DNA of 59,345 nt from Candidatus Eiseniibacteriota bacterium (GCA_038231135.1 JBBRLX010000028.1:1-59345), one strand, 5' to 3'; shown: positions 44,915 to 54,792, counted from the stretch's first letter. Made by a program: numbers and translations. The notes: generated from the letters alone by a model not told the origin.

Positions 44915-46951
44915 TCACACGCCAAACGTTTCGGGCTCCCAGGCCAGCCCCAGCTCGCTCGGTGGCGCCATGTAGCCAAGCAACGCGCTCGCCGCGACCA
45001 CGGCCGGGCTCGCCAGGTAGCCCTCGCCGCCGAGGCCCATCCGGTTCGTCCAGTTGCGGTTGAACGATGTGATCGCGCGCTGGCCGAGCGTGAGCGAATC
45101 GGGTCCCTGCCCGAAACACGGGCCGCACCACGACTCGCGGATCTCTCCACCCACCGAGCGGAACACGCCGGCGATCGATTCGCCGTCGAGCCGCGGGTCG
45201 GGATTCTCGATCTGGCGCTTCACGCCGCCCGAACCCGGGAAGATGATGAACGGTTTCACCACCTGGCCCCGGCCGCGCGCGCGCGCCGCGTGCAGCACCA
45301 GCGCCGCGCTCAGCAGATCGTCGTAGCCGCCGTTCGTGCACGAGCCGATCATCGCCTTGTCGAAGGCGATCCGCTCCTTCGCCACGTCCTCGGCGGGGAA
45401 CGCGTTCCCGGGGCTGAACGGCTTCGCGATCATCGGCGCCACGTTCGCGAGCTCGAACGTCTCGTCGATCTCCCAGCGCGCGTCGGCGCCCGGCACGAGC
45501 CTGGGATACGGCAGCTGATTCATGCCCTTCGCGCGATACCAGGCGTAGGTGATGTCGTCGGCCGCGAAGATCCCGTTCATCGCCTCGGCCTCCGCCATCA
45601 TGTTGCAGATGGTGTTGCGAAATCCGATCGGCAGCTGGCGGCGCGCGTCGACGAACTCGACCGACATGCCCTGCGACTGTTTCGCGCCCCACTGCTTGAG
45701 CAGCGACAGCACGATGTCCTTGCCCGTCACCCATGGCTGCAGCTCGCCCGCGAACGTCACCCGCCGCTGCCTGGGCAGCGTGAAGTAGATGTAGCCCGTG
45801 GACCAGCCGAACCCCAGCGTCGTCGAGCCCACGCCAATGCCGACCGCGCCGTAGGCGCCATAGGCGCGCGAGTGCGAATCGGCGCCCGGGATGAACTGCC
45901 CCGGCATCACGAGTCCCTGTTCCGGGAAGTAAAAATGAAAAATCCCGTCGCCCGGCGTCGCGTAGTACGGCTTGCGGATGTCGTGCAGCGTGGCGAACGC
46001 GCGGCCGATCGACGTCTGCTTGTCGTCGGCGTCGAGGCCGGTGAACACGAAATGGTCGTTCGCGATCGCGAGCTGGCGTGGCTGGATCGCAGCGCCGCCG
46101 GTGATCTGATTGAACGTGTGGATCGAGAACGGCGCAGTGCCGTCGGATGCCGGCAGCAGGTCGGCGTACACTCGCACCGTCGCGCCCGGCTCGAGCGTCG
46201 CCTGCTTGTCGACGCGATGCGCCCACACGATCTGCTCCGTGGTGCTCATGCGACGCGCGGTCGCGGCATCGGGCCACACGATTTCCGGATGCCGCGCGAC
46301 GGCGTCGCGGAATTCGCGGCGGCCGATCGCGAAGATCCCGCCGCTGCGCCGGATCTCGTCCTCCTTGGGCGTGAGCGGGATCGGCGAATACGTCCTGCCC
46401 TGGGTCTCGTTCGTCAGCTCGCGCGTTGCGGGATCGAAGGCGAACCGGTCGCCGTCACGCGCGTCCGCGACGGCCTCGGGGCTCTGCACCACGTGCAGCC
46501 CCAGGTTGAACGCGTTGCGCCGGAAGATGTCGCCCATGTTGTTGCCCGCGACCACCACCAACTCGAGGCCCACTTCTTCGGCCACGCCCTTGAGGCCCGC
46601 CGGAGTCATCTCGCGCGACGAGCCGATCGCGAACCGGTCGCCCGCGATCAGGAACGTCTGGCCGGCGTGCACGCGCTCGCGGAAATTCGGCATCAGGTAG
46701 CGGAACGAGCCGGCTTTCCACCGCAGATCCAGCGTGTCGAGGCTCTCGGACACGCAATCGGTGGCGGGCGTGATCTGGTCGGTGTCGATCGCGTCGAGCT
46801 TGCGGCCCGGCTGCTTCGGATCCCAGAACACCAGCGCCTCACCGCGGATGACGCCCCCGGGAACCACGGCCGCGAGATCGGCGGCGCGAGGCTGGGGTAA
46901 CGTGTCCGGCGTGATTCCGGGCTTGAGGCGCGCGGGTTCGATGACGTGCAT
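44915..46951 (-). CDS. Aconitase-family dehydratase (homoaconitase/IPMI-like), swivel domain fused N-terminally to the Fe-S domain
   Basis: N-terminal IDTDQI, FAIGSSRE, IFRRNAFNLGL (LeuD-like); C-terminal DH, GADSHS, GSCTNG, CGPCFG, NRN, YLASP (LeuC-like). CAGGAG RBS. Confidence 0.85.
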   Translation of the reverse strand: MHVIEPARLKPGITPDTLPQPRAADLAAVVPGGVIRGEALVFWDPKQPGRKLDAIDTDQITPATDCVSESLDTLDLRWKAGSFRYLMPNFRERVHAGQTFLIAGDRFAIGSSREMTPAGLKGVAEEVGLELVVVAGNNMGDIFRRNAFNLGLHVVQSPEAVADARDGDRFAFDPATRELTNETQGRTYSPIPLTPKEDEIRRSGGIFAIGRREFRDAVARHPEIVWPDAATARRMSTTEQIVWAHRVDKQATLEPGATVRVYADLLPASDGTAPFSIHTFNQITGGAAIQPRQLAIANDHFVFTGLDADDKQTSIGRAFATLHDIRKPYYATPGDGIFHFYFPEQGLVMPGQFIPGADSHSRAYGAYGAVGIGVGSTTLGFGWSTGYIYFTLPRQRRVTFAGELQPWVTGKDIVLSLLKQWGAKQSQGMSVEFVDARRQLPIGFRNTICNMMAEAEAMNGIFAADDITYAWYRAKGMNQLPYPRLVPGADARWEIDETFELANVAPMIAKPFSPGNAFPAEDVAKERIAFDKAMIGSCTNGGYDDLLSAALVLHAARARGRGQVVKPFIIFPGSGGVKRQIENPDPRLDGESIAGVFRSVGGEIRESWCGPCFGQGPDSLTLGQRAITSFNRNWTNRMGLGGEGYLASPAVVAASALLGYMAPPSELGLAWEPETFGV

Positions 46952-47289
46952 GAGCTGAAGCTCCTGGGAAGTCGGGTCGGATGGAGAGCCTGCGTGCCTA
47001 CAGGTTGCCTCAGATGCGATGGGTTCCTCAAGCCGGGAGGCGGTTCTCCGGGCTGTCGGCAATCACGCTCGCTCCGGTCGCCGATGGGCCGGGGCAGCCG
47101 CTGCCGCGACAGCCTGCGTGCGCGCGAGCGACGCCGTGTGCTGCGCCCGCATCTGCGTCCTGAATCCCTGGCGGCGCGGGGACGGTGCTGGAACGACCGC
47201 AAGGGGTGCTGCGCACGAATGCGATTCAACTCGTCAAGTCAAATCGGTGGTATAGACCGGGCGCGCACTGGTAACAGATCAGACCGGGA

Positions 47290-47790
47290 TCAGCGATCCG
47301 CAGGCAGCGGCGACGGCGACGGTTCGAGCACCAGCACGTCGCGCACGCGCGACTTGTTCACGAGCACGACGCCGAGCCGGGAACGCAGCGCGAAAAACTC
47401 CTCGGCGCAATTGAGGAAGTCGGACGCGCGGTTCATGCCGTCCGGCAGCTCCATCTGGATGCGCCCATCGATGCCGCGCCCGTCCGTGAACGTCACGTGC
47501 ACGGACTCCTCGCGCGTGACCACGAACGTCGCCGGGCATACGAGGCGGGGATCGACCCCGTGCCCCATGATCACCCAGTTGATGTTGCGGCGGTTGAGCA
47601 GCAGGACCTTGCCGTCCTCGGTGCTCTGGAACGGGATCACGCGAGCCGTGCCGTTCAGCATTTCGAGCACCGTCTCGGGGCCCTCACGGGTCTCGGAATT
47701 CGGGGCAAGGGACAACGCGCCGTCCATGGGGTCCTCGTTCGGCAGGCTGACCCGCACGGTCACGCGTTGCTTCGAGACGTATTCGGGCAC
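47290..47790 (-). CDS. Hypothetical protein with an internal two-fold repeat
   Basis: Both halves end in LN....P/F......LLN/LVN...I/V. Start uncertain (GTG at 47790). Confidence 0.65.
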   Translation of the reverse strand: MPEYVSKQRVTVRVSLPNEDPMDGALSLAPNSETREGPETVLEMLNGTARVIPFQSTEDGKVLLLNRRNINWVIMGHGVDPRLVCPATFVVTREESVHVTFTDGRGIDGRIQMELPDGMNRASDFLNCAEEFFALRSRLGVVLVNKSRVRDVLVLEPSPSPLPADR

Positions 47791-47996
47791 GAGGAGTCTC
47801 CGATTGGCGCAACGATGGCTTGACAAGTCATCGGCACGGGCCGGCGGCAGCTTGAGTGGGGCGCGAGGCCGGTTCGTGAAAGCTCTTTAGTCGCAACGCG
47901 AAACTGCCGAAACCCATGGCGCCCGGTCCCCGGTGCCGGGCGGCCGTTTCGGGGGCAGCAACCAAGGCCCGGGGCACCTCGCATTCCAGGATACCC

Positions 47997-49082
47997 ATGG
48001 CCCGCATCGACGCGATCCTCAAGCTCGTCAAGGATCAGGGCGCCTCCGACCTCCATATGAGCGCCGGATCGCCGCCGATCGTCCGCATCAATGGCGAGAT
48101 GACGGCGATTCCCCACGAGCGCCTGACGCCGGAGATCGCGAGCCTGCTGCTGTTCGAGATCATGGATCCGCAGTCCCGGGCCCGCTACGAGCAGGTGAAG
48201 GATGTCGACTTCAGCTATGAGGTCCCGGGCGTCGTGCGGGCGCGCTGCAACGTGTACGAGCAGAGCAAGGGCGTGGCGGGCGCGTTCCGACTGCTGCCGA
48301 ACACCGTGCCCACACTCTCGGACCTCGGCTTGCCCGACTCGCTGGTGCGGCTCACCGAGCTCACCCGCGGACTGGTCGTCGTCACGGGTCCGCCGGGCAC
48401 CGGCAAGTCGAGCACGCTGGCAGCCATCATCCACCACATCAACGCCTCGCAGCGGAAGCACATCCTCACGATTGAGGACCCGATCGAATTCCGCCACCAG
48501 AATCAGCTGTCGCTCGTCACGCAGCGGGAGATCGGCCGCAACACGCCGTCGTTCGTGCAGGGGCTGCACGGCGCGCTGCGCGAGGATCCCGACGTGATCA
48601 TGGTCGGCGAGATGCGCGATCCGGACACCATGGCGCTGGCGCTCACCGCCGCCGCCACAGGCCAGCTGGTGTTCGGCACGCTGCACACCATGAGCGCGGC
48701 GCAGACCGTGGACCGCATCCTCGATTCGTTCGACGGCGAGCGGCAGTCGCAGGTGCGCCTGATGCTCGCCGAGTCGATGAAGGCCGTGCTCGCCCAGCGC
48801 CTGATCCGTCGCAAGGACGGGCAGGGTCGCTCGCTCGCGCTCGAGATCCTGATAGGCACGCAGCCCGTCACGGCGCTGATCCGCGAGCGCAAGACTTTCC
48901 AGCTCGCGTCCGTGATCCAGACCGGCCGCAAGGACGGCATGCAGTCGATGGACGACAGCGTCCTCGGCCTGGTGCGCGCCGGCACGATCTCGATCGAGGA
49001 CGCGGCGAACCAGGTCTCGAACCGCGAGCTGCTGGGTTCGCTGCTGCGCGGCAACGCGCCGCCGATGCGGGATGCAGCGTGA
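47997..49082 (+). CDS. pilT: Type IV pilus retraction ATPase, PilT/PilU family
   Basis: ASDLH, GPPGTGKSST, TIEDPIEF, LREDPDVIMVGEMRD, GTLHT, GMQSMD motifs. Confidence 0.9.
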   Translation: MARIDAILKLVKDQGASDLHMSAGSPPIVRINGEMTAIPHERLTPEIASLLLFEIMDPQSRARYEQVKDVDFSYEVPGVVRARCNVYEQSKGVAGAFRLLPNTVPTLSDLGLPDSLVRLTELTRGLVVVTGPPGTGKSSTLAAIIHHINASQRKHILTIEDPIEFRHQNQLSLVTQREIGRNTPSFVQGLHGALREDPDVIMVGEMRDPDTMALALTAAATGQLVFGTLHTMSAAQTVDRILDSFDGERQSQVRLMLAESMKAVLAQRLIRRKDGQGRSLALEILIGTQPVTALIRERKTFQLASVIQTGRKDGMQSMDDSVLGLVRAGTISIEDAANQVSNRELLGSLLRGNAPPMRDAA

Positions 49083-49089
49083 GCGGCCC

Positions 49090-50427
49090 GTGACGCAGGC
49101 TCCGGGCATCCTCGCCGGCGAACTCGGGCTCCTGAGCCTGTTCGACGTCGGGCAGTTGCTGATGTTCAACCGCGCGACCGGCGTGCTGACGGTGACGCGC
49201 GAGGCCGCGCGGGTGTCGCTGATGTTCAACGCCGGCCAGCTGGTGAACGCCGTCGACGAACAGCGCAAGCAGGGCGTGGAAGCCGCCTACCAGGTGTTCG
49301 CCTGGAAGCACGGCCAGTTCGAATTCCGGTCGCTCGACGTGGGATCCCCGGTCGTGATCCTCGATGGCACCGAGTCGATCATGCTCGAGGCTGCCCGGCG
49401 TATGGATGAATCGTCGGCCGGCGCCGCCGCCGCGGGTGTGCAGCCCGAGACGGCGAAGCTGGTGGAACACCAGAGCCGGTTCGACATGCTGCGCGACGAG
49501 TTCTCGCGGGTCACGCGCGAGGCGGTGTCCGAGAGCCGGCGGGCCCCCGAGTGGAGCGATCCGTGGCTCGACGTGCTGCAGATGCCGGGCGACCGGCTGC
49601 TCGCGCGTCCCGGCTGCGTGCCGCGCCTGCATGCCGGCGGCGGCTGGCAGCCCGTGGAAGGCGGCGACGCGCCGATGGATGCCGAGGCGTTCGAAGAGCT
49701 GAAGCAGCAAATGCTGGCGGGCGTGATGCCCGACGACTCCGCGGCGACGTGGCGGCGCGTGGTGCGGCACCGTGGCCGGGCATTCGCGGTGACGCTGGTG
49801 CGTGGCGTGAACGAGTGCCTGTGGATCGCGCCCGCGGTCGGCGCCGCGGTCATGGGCGAGCCGGTCACGGGCCCGTTCGAAGCGCTGGACGCGCTGCTGT
49901 CCCAGCCCGCAGCAATCCTGCTCGCCGGGGCCCCCGCGGTGGACGCGGCGCACTCGCTGTTGCGCGCCCTGATCGTGCGGCTGTCGGACCTGCGCGGGAT
50001 TACGATCGTCGTGGTGACGGACGACCTGCTGTTGAGCCCTCCCGAGAGCATGGGTGTCGTGCTGCCCGCGTCGCCCGCGGAGACCGAGGCCGTGGTGCGG
50101 TCGGCGCGTCCCGGCGCGATCGCGATCGACGCACTGTGCGCGCTCGAGGGGTCCGTGTTCACGTCGCTCGCGACCACGCCGATCGTGCTCGGCGCCGTGG
50201 TCGCGTCGCAGCCGGAGGCGGTCGTGCCCCGCTGGTTGATGCGCTGCCAGGCGGCCGACCTGCCGCGGCTGCAGTCGCTGCTCGAATCGACGCCCGTGGC
50301 CGTCGCGCTCGGCAGCCCGTCGGGAGCGGCGGGCGCGCAGTCGTTCACCGTGCACCGCGTGTCGCGGGCCGCGGACGGGTCGGGCTCCCGGCGCGATCCG
50401 CTGTCGCCGGTCGACCTGTTGCGATGA
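49090..50427 (+). CDS. DUF4388 (PatA-N-like) domain protein with a divergent C-terminal region
   Basis: GELGLLSLFDVGQLL.....TGVL....G.EA......W..G.FEF...MLEAARRMDE. Confidence 0.7.
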   Translation: MTQAPGILAGELGLLSLFDVGQLLMFNRATGVLTVTREAARVSLMFNAGQLVNAVDEQRKQGVEAAYQVFAWKHGQFEFRSLDVGSPVVILDGTESIMLEAARRMDESSAGAAAAGVQPETAKLVEHQSRFDMLRDEFSRVTREAVSESRRAPEWSDPWLDVLQMPGDRLLARPGCVPRLHAGGGWQPVEGGDAPMDAEAFEELKQQMLAGVMPDDSAATWRRVVRHRGRAFAVTLVRGVNECLWIAPAVGAAVMGEPVTGPFEALDALLSQPAAILLAGAPAVDAAHSLLRALIVRLSDLRGITIVVVTDDLLLSPPESMGVVLPASPAETEAVVRSARPGAIAIDALCALEGSVFTSLATTPIVLGAVVASQPEAVVPRWLMRCQAADLPRLQSLLESTPVAVALGSPSGAAGAQSFTVHRVSRAADGSGSRRDPLSPVDLLR

Positions 50428-50602
50428 GCGCGGGCGTTTCGTTTCGGGACGTTTGTCAGGGCGTCCGATCCATTTCCGGCGGCGCCGCATCGAAGGGAAA
50501 CACCCACCCGAAAGCTCATCACCCGATCTCATACCTGACTCCGCCGTGCGATCCGGGCCGCGAATCGGCACGTCGGCGTCGGGCGAAACCTGGGAGCGAA
50601 TC

Positions 50603-51688
50603 ATGTCCTCCAGACTGAATTTCGTAGCGTCGGACGGCGCCACGCCGATCGTCCCCGGCTCCACGGCTCCGGGCACGAACGACGACACGCTGCTCGACGC
50701 CTATTCCACTGCCGTGACGCGCGTGGTCGAACAGGTCGGCCCATCGGTGGTGCGGCTCGAAGTGCAGTCGGCGCCGCGCACCGGCGCCGCGCAGCGCCCC
50801 GGTCCGCCCCGCGGCGGACCGGGCATTCCGCCGCAGGGCCCCGACTCGGCGCCACGCGGCGGCAGCGGGTCCGGCTTCGTGTTCACGCACGACGGCCTGA
50901 TCCTGACGAACAGCCACGTCGTGCACGGCGCGGCCCGGATCGACGTGATCACCCAGGACGGCCGCCACCTGCCGGCGGACCTGGTGGGCGACGATCCCGA
51001 CACCGATCTGGCGGTGGTGCGCGTCTCCGCCGCGGATCTCGTGACCGCCACGCTCGGCGATTCCGATGCGCTCAAGCCCGGGCAGCTCGTGGTCGCGATC
51101 GGCAATCCGTTCGGATTCCAGACCTCGGTCACCGCGGGCGTCGTGAGCGCGCTCGGCCGCACGCTGCGGTCGACGACGGGACGGCTCATGGACAACATCA
51201 TCCAGACCGACGCGTCGCTCAACCCCGGCAACTCCGGCGGGCCGCTCGTGGATTCGCGCGGACGAGTGATCGGCGTGAACACCGCCATGATCCTGCCGGC
51301 TCAGGGGCTGTGCTTCGCGATTCCGTCGAACACCGTGCGCTGGGTCGCGAGCGCCCTGATCAAGGACGGCCGCATCCGGCGCGCGTATCTCGGCGTCGGC
51401 GGCCAGCACGTGAAACTCCAGCGGCGCACGCTGCGCGCGCACGGCATCGAATCCGAGAACGCGCTGATGGTGGTGCACGTCGAGACCGGCGGCCCCGCGC
51501 ATGCCGCGGGGCTCATGGACGGCGACATCATCGTGGCGTTCGAGGGCCGGCCGATCACCGGCGTCGACGATCTGCACCGGGCACTCGACGAGCGCCGCAT
51601 CGGCATCATATCGAACGTGACGTTTCTGCGGCGCGGCATCAAGAAGGACCTCGTCGTCACGCCGGTCGAGAGCGGGATCCGCGACTGA
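50603..51688 (+). CDS. HtrA/DegP-like trypsin serine protease with one PDZ domain
   Basis: GSGSGF, TNSHVV, DLAV, IQTDASLNPGNSGGPL motifs; no obvious signal peptide. Confidence 0.9.
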   Translation: MSSRLNFVASDGATPIVPGSTAPGTNDDTLLDAYSTAVTRVVEQVGPSVVRLEVQSAPRTGAAQRPGPPRGGPGIPPQGPDSAPRGGSGSGFVFTHDGLILTNSHVVHGAARIDVITQDGRHLPADLVGDDPDTDLAVVRVSAADLVTATLGDSDALKPGQLVVAIGNPFGFQTSVTAGVVSALGRTLRSTTGRLMDNIIQTDASLNPGNSGGPLVDSRGRVIGVNTAMILPAQGLCFAIPSNTVRWVASALIKDGRIRRAYLGVGGQHVKLQRRTLRAHGIESENALMVVHVETGGPAHAAGLMDGDIIVAFEGRPITGVDDLHRALDERRIGIISNVTFLRRGIKKDLVVTPVESGIRD

Positions 51689-51849
51689 TGACCAAGCTCA
51701 TGATCCTCGTGTTCACCACCATCGGCAGCGGGGTGGGGTGGTGGCTCGGAGAGCGCTTCGGAATCATGATGGCGTTCTTTCTTAGCCTGGTGGGGACGGC
51801 GTTCGGGCTGTATTGGGGGAATCGGATCGGGCGGGATCACTTCGGGTAG
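51688..51849 (+). CDS. Small two-TM membrane protein
   Basis: TGATG coupling with the protease gene; 53-aa hydrophobic sequence MTKLMILVFTTIGSGVGWWLG... Confidence 0.7.
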   Translation: MTKLMILVFTTIGSGVGWWLGERFGIMMAFFLSLVGTAFGLYWGNRIGRDHFG

Positions 51850-51892
51850 GTCGGGTCGCGGGCAGGCCGTTGGGTAGGTCGTTGGGTAGGTC

Positions 51893-52047
51893 GCGGATGC
51901 CGTGCGGGGTGAGGTTCCTCTGGCGGGGACGCTTCGGCCCCGCCATCCTGGCGGGTCCTCGCTACTCGCGCAGCGCTCCGTGCTTCCCTGCACTCCCGCG
52001 CTGCGCTCGGTCCCCGCCTCCGGAACCTCACCCCGCACGGCATCCGC
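51893..52047. repeat. MITE/REP-like element with 26-bp perfect terminal inverted repeats
   Basis: GCGGATGCCGTGCGGGGTGAGGTTCC (51893-51918) and its reverse complement (52022-52047); inner IR GGCGGGGAC/GTCCCCGCC. Confidence 0.75.
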
Positions 52048-52123
52048 TCACGCCGCCTTACGCTGAGACTTCACAGCCGCCTGCGGCACGGCATCCGCTC
52101 GCGCCGCCTTTCTAATTGCGCTC

Positions 52124-53623
52124 TCAAGTATTCGGCGGCGTCTTGGTGTGCCAGTCGGTGCGTGACTGGTACGTGCGGCCGAGGTCGATCAGGGTGGCCT
52201 CCGAGAATGCGGGGCCCATGAATGCCATCGATGTGGGCAGGCCGTTGTCGCCGAATCCGTTCGGCACGGCGAGCGCGGGCAGGCCGCACAGGTTGCCGGC
52301 GGGGATCAGCGGCGGGCCGCTGCTGATGCCGGGGTATGCGTCCTGGAATGGCTTGTCGATCGGATACGCGACCGTCCCCCGCGTCGGCGACGCCACGGCG
52401 TCGAAGTTCGCGAACAGCTTCGCGACCGCGCGTTTCATGGGTCCGCGCAGGCGCATCGCCTGCAGGTAGTCCACGGCCGGGATCAGGGTGTCGGCGTAGC
52501 CGCCGTGGCGGTCGCTCAGGCACTTGAGCTCCTTCACGCGCCCCGACTCGATCAGGTCGAGGAATGCCGACGCGCCCTCGGCGCCCACGATGATCGACAC
52601 CGCGGGCCCCCACGGGAACTGCGGCCATTCGACGTCGCGCGTGACGTCGGCGACGTCGGCGATCGCCGCCAGCGAGCGCTCGAAATTGTCGCGCACCGCG
52701 GGCTGGACCTTCTCGGTCACCCCTTTCGGCACCGCGAGTCGGAACTTCGCCGCCCGCGGCGCAGCGGCGCGATGTTCGTAGACCTGCTCCACCGAACTGG
52801 CGTCGTTGGGGTCGCGCCCGGCGATCGCCGCCAGCACCAGGCCGCAATCGTCCGCCGTCCGGCACATGGGTCCGAGCTTGTCGAGCGTCCAGCACAGCGC
52901 CATCGCGCCGTGGCGGCTCACGCGGCCATACGTGGGACGCAAGCCGGTGACGCCCGAATACGCCGACGGTGTGAGGATCGATCCGGACGTCTCGGAGCCG
53001 ATCGCGAACGGGACCAGCCCGGCCGCCACCGCGGCGCCGGGGCCGCTCGAGCTGCCGCCGCTCCAGAACTTGAGGTTCCACGGCGTGATGCCGGGACCGG
53101 TGAACGACGCGTCGGCGTGGTCGTATCCCATGCCGCCCGCGAGCTCGACCATCGCCAGCTTCGCGACCAGGATCGCCCCCGCCGCCCGCAGCCGCTCGAC
53201 CACCGTGGCGTCGTAGTCGAACACCTGGTCGCGGTAGGGAGCGGCGCCCCACGATGTCTTCACGCCGCGCGTCGCGATCAGATCCTTGACCCCATAGGGA
53301 ATGCCATGCAGCGGTCCGCGCGAGCGGCCGGCCTTGAGGTCCAGGTCGGCCTCGCGCGCGGCGCGCATCGCGCTGTCGCGCATCAGCGTGACCACGGCAT
53401 TGTAGCGCGGGCCCAGCGTCTGGAGCCGCGTCAGGCTCAAATCGGTGAGCTGCGCGGACGTGATCTCGCGCGCGTGCAGCATGCGGCCGAGTTCGGTCAG
53501 CGGCAGGAAGGTCGCTGCCGGGCGGCCGCGACGCGCGGCGCCCGACGCGGGCGGCGTGGTGTGCGTGGCTGGCGCGCCCGTCCGCGCAGCCGCGCCCCCG
53601 GAGGCTCCTGCGCGCTCAGGCAT
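52124..53623 (-). CDS. Amidase-signature (GatA-like) amidase
   Basis: GPLHGIPYGVKD, GGSSSGP, IGSETSGSI motifs. Own GGAGGT RBS. Confidence 0.9.
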   Translation of the reverse strand: MPERAGASGGAAARTGAPATHTTPPASGAARRGRPAATFLPLTELGRMLHAREITSAQLTDLSLTRLQTLGPRYNAVVTLMRDSAMRAAREADLDLKAGRSRGPLHGIPYGVKDLIATRGVKTSWGAAPYRDQVFDYDATVVERLRAAGAILVAKLAMVELAGGMGYDHADASFTGPGITPWNLKFWSGGSSSGPGAAVAAGLVPFAIGSETSGSILTPSAYSGVTGLRPTYGRVSRHGAMALCWTLDKLGPMCRTADDCGLVLAAIAGRDPNDASSVEQVYEHRAAAPRAAKFRLAVPKGVTEKVQPAVRDNFERSLAAIADVADVTRDVEWPQFPWGPAVSIIVGAEGASAFLDLIESGRVKELKCLSDRHGGYADTLIPAVDYLQAMRLRGPMKRAVAKLFANFDAVASPTRGTVAYPIDKPFQDAYPGISSGPPLIPAGNLCGLPALAVPNGFGDNGLPTSMAFMGPAFSEATLIDLGRTYQSRTDWHTKTPPNT

Positions 53624-53996
53624 GGAACGTGACCTCCGGCTCGTCGCCGTTCGCGAGCCTCACGGCACGCAGCAGCTTGCCGATCTGCATTCCGTCATCC
53701 AGGTCCTGCGTCACCGCCTCGAGCTGCTTCGCGTCGAGGTGGCTGCCATAGCGGCGCTTTACGACGAGGGCCATCGTCTTCGCGTCGTCGACGAATTCCG
53801 ACGGCGGCTCCGCCTTGGCGCCGGACGTGTCCGGCTTGGCGGGGACCGGTTTGCCGGGCGGCGGTTTGGCGGCGCTGCGGGCCGCGGCCTGCGCGAGCAC
53901 CGCCACCGGCGATGCGATCGCCGCAGACAACCCGACGGCGCCGGCGAGCTTGAGGAACGTGCGGCGCGACGAACCGGACGACGAGGAACGGGTCAT
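53616..53996 (-). CDS. Small twin-arginine (Tat) signal protein, possible amidase partner subunit
   Basis: SRRTFLK Tat motif followed by a hydrophobic helix; 8-nt overlap with the amidase start. Confidence 0.75.
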   Translation of the reverse strand: MTRSSSSGSSRRTFLKLAGAVGLSAAIASPVAVLAQAAARSAAKPPPGKPVPAKPDTSGAKAEPPSEFVDDAKTMALVVKRRYGSHLDAKQLEAVTQDLDDGMQIGKLLRAVRLANGDEPEVTFHA

Positions 53997-54120
53997 GGGC
54001 ACCTCGATCGCAGCATGTGGACCACGCGGGATTGCCCGCGCGGCATGAGCCTTCGGGACCGGAGTCGGGTACTGTCGCGCACCCGGGACGCCAGATCAAA
54101 GACAAAAACGGGAGGCCGTG

Positions 54121-54573
54121 ATGACGCACGTTCCGCAGGATTCCGCATTCGACGCGCGCGTGCGGGCCAGTTTTCGGGCGCAGGCGATCATGGCCACGCT
54201 GGGTACCACGCTCGAGCGGCTCGCGCCGGGCGAGGCCGAGCTGTCGCTGCCGTTCCGCCCCGACCTCACCCAGCAGCACGGCTTCCTGCACGCGGGCGTG
54301 CTCGCGACCGTCATGGACAGCGCGTGCGGCTATGCGGCGTTCACGCTGATGCCGGCCGACGCGGCAGTGCTGTCGATCGAGTTCAAGATCAACCTGCTGT
54401 CGCCGGCCAGGGGCGAGCGGTTCAACATCCGCGCGCACGTGGTGCGCCCCGGGAAGACGATCACCGTGTGCCAGGCGGACGCGTTCGCGCTCGCGAACGG
54501 GGGCGAGAAGCTCGTTGCCACCATGGTCGGGACCATGATGTGCCTGCCGGGACGCGAGGCGTTCCGGAGCTGA
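54121..54573 (+). CDS. PaaI-family thioesterase
   Basis: QQHGFLHAG...DSACGYAA, EFKINLL motifs. Confidence 0.9.
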   Translation: MTHVPQDSAFDARVRASFRAQAIMATLGTTLERLAPGEAELSLPFRPDLTQQHGFLHAGVLATVMDSACGYAAFTLMPADAAVLSIEFKINLLSPARGERFNIRAHVVRPGKTITVCQADAFALANGGEKLVATMVGTMMCLPGREAFRS

Positions 54574-54694
54574 GCTCGAGAGGGTCCCTAGAGTTAGACG
54601 GGCCTGCTCGCATGTGCAGGCATTACTCGTTATTCTGCGCGGGTCGCCGGATCGAGGCGTCGATCAACACTGACTACATACGTATTGTTACGTG

Positions 54695-54723
54695 TTGAGC
54701 AACCCGCATCGTAACGTTAGAAT
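54695..54723 (+). promoter_or_regulatory. Candidate sigma70 promoter of the FG-GAP gene
   Basis: TTGAGC, 17-nt spacer, TAGAAT. Confidence 0.5.
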
Positions 54724-54792
54724 TATCGCAATGGCAAGGCGTTGGGATATGACCCGCCCTCGCACATCAGACACAGGCCAAGGGGATGCCTC

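Noticed and set aside
51844..51893. GGGTAGGTCG repeats read as a CRISPR array
   Set aside because: The units are 10-12 bp with no unique spacers, and there are no cas genes.
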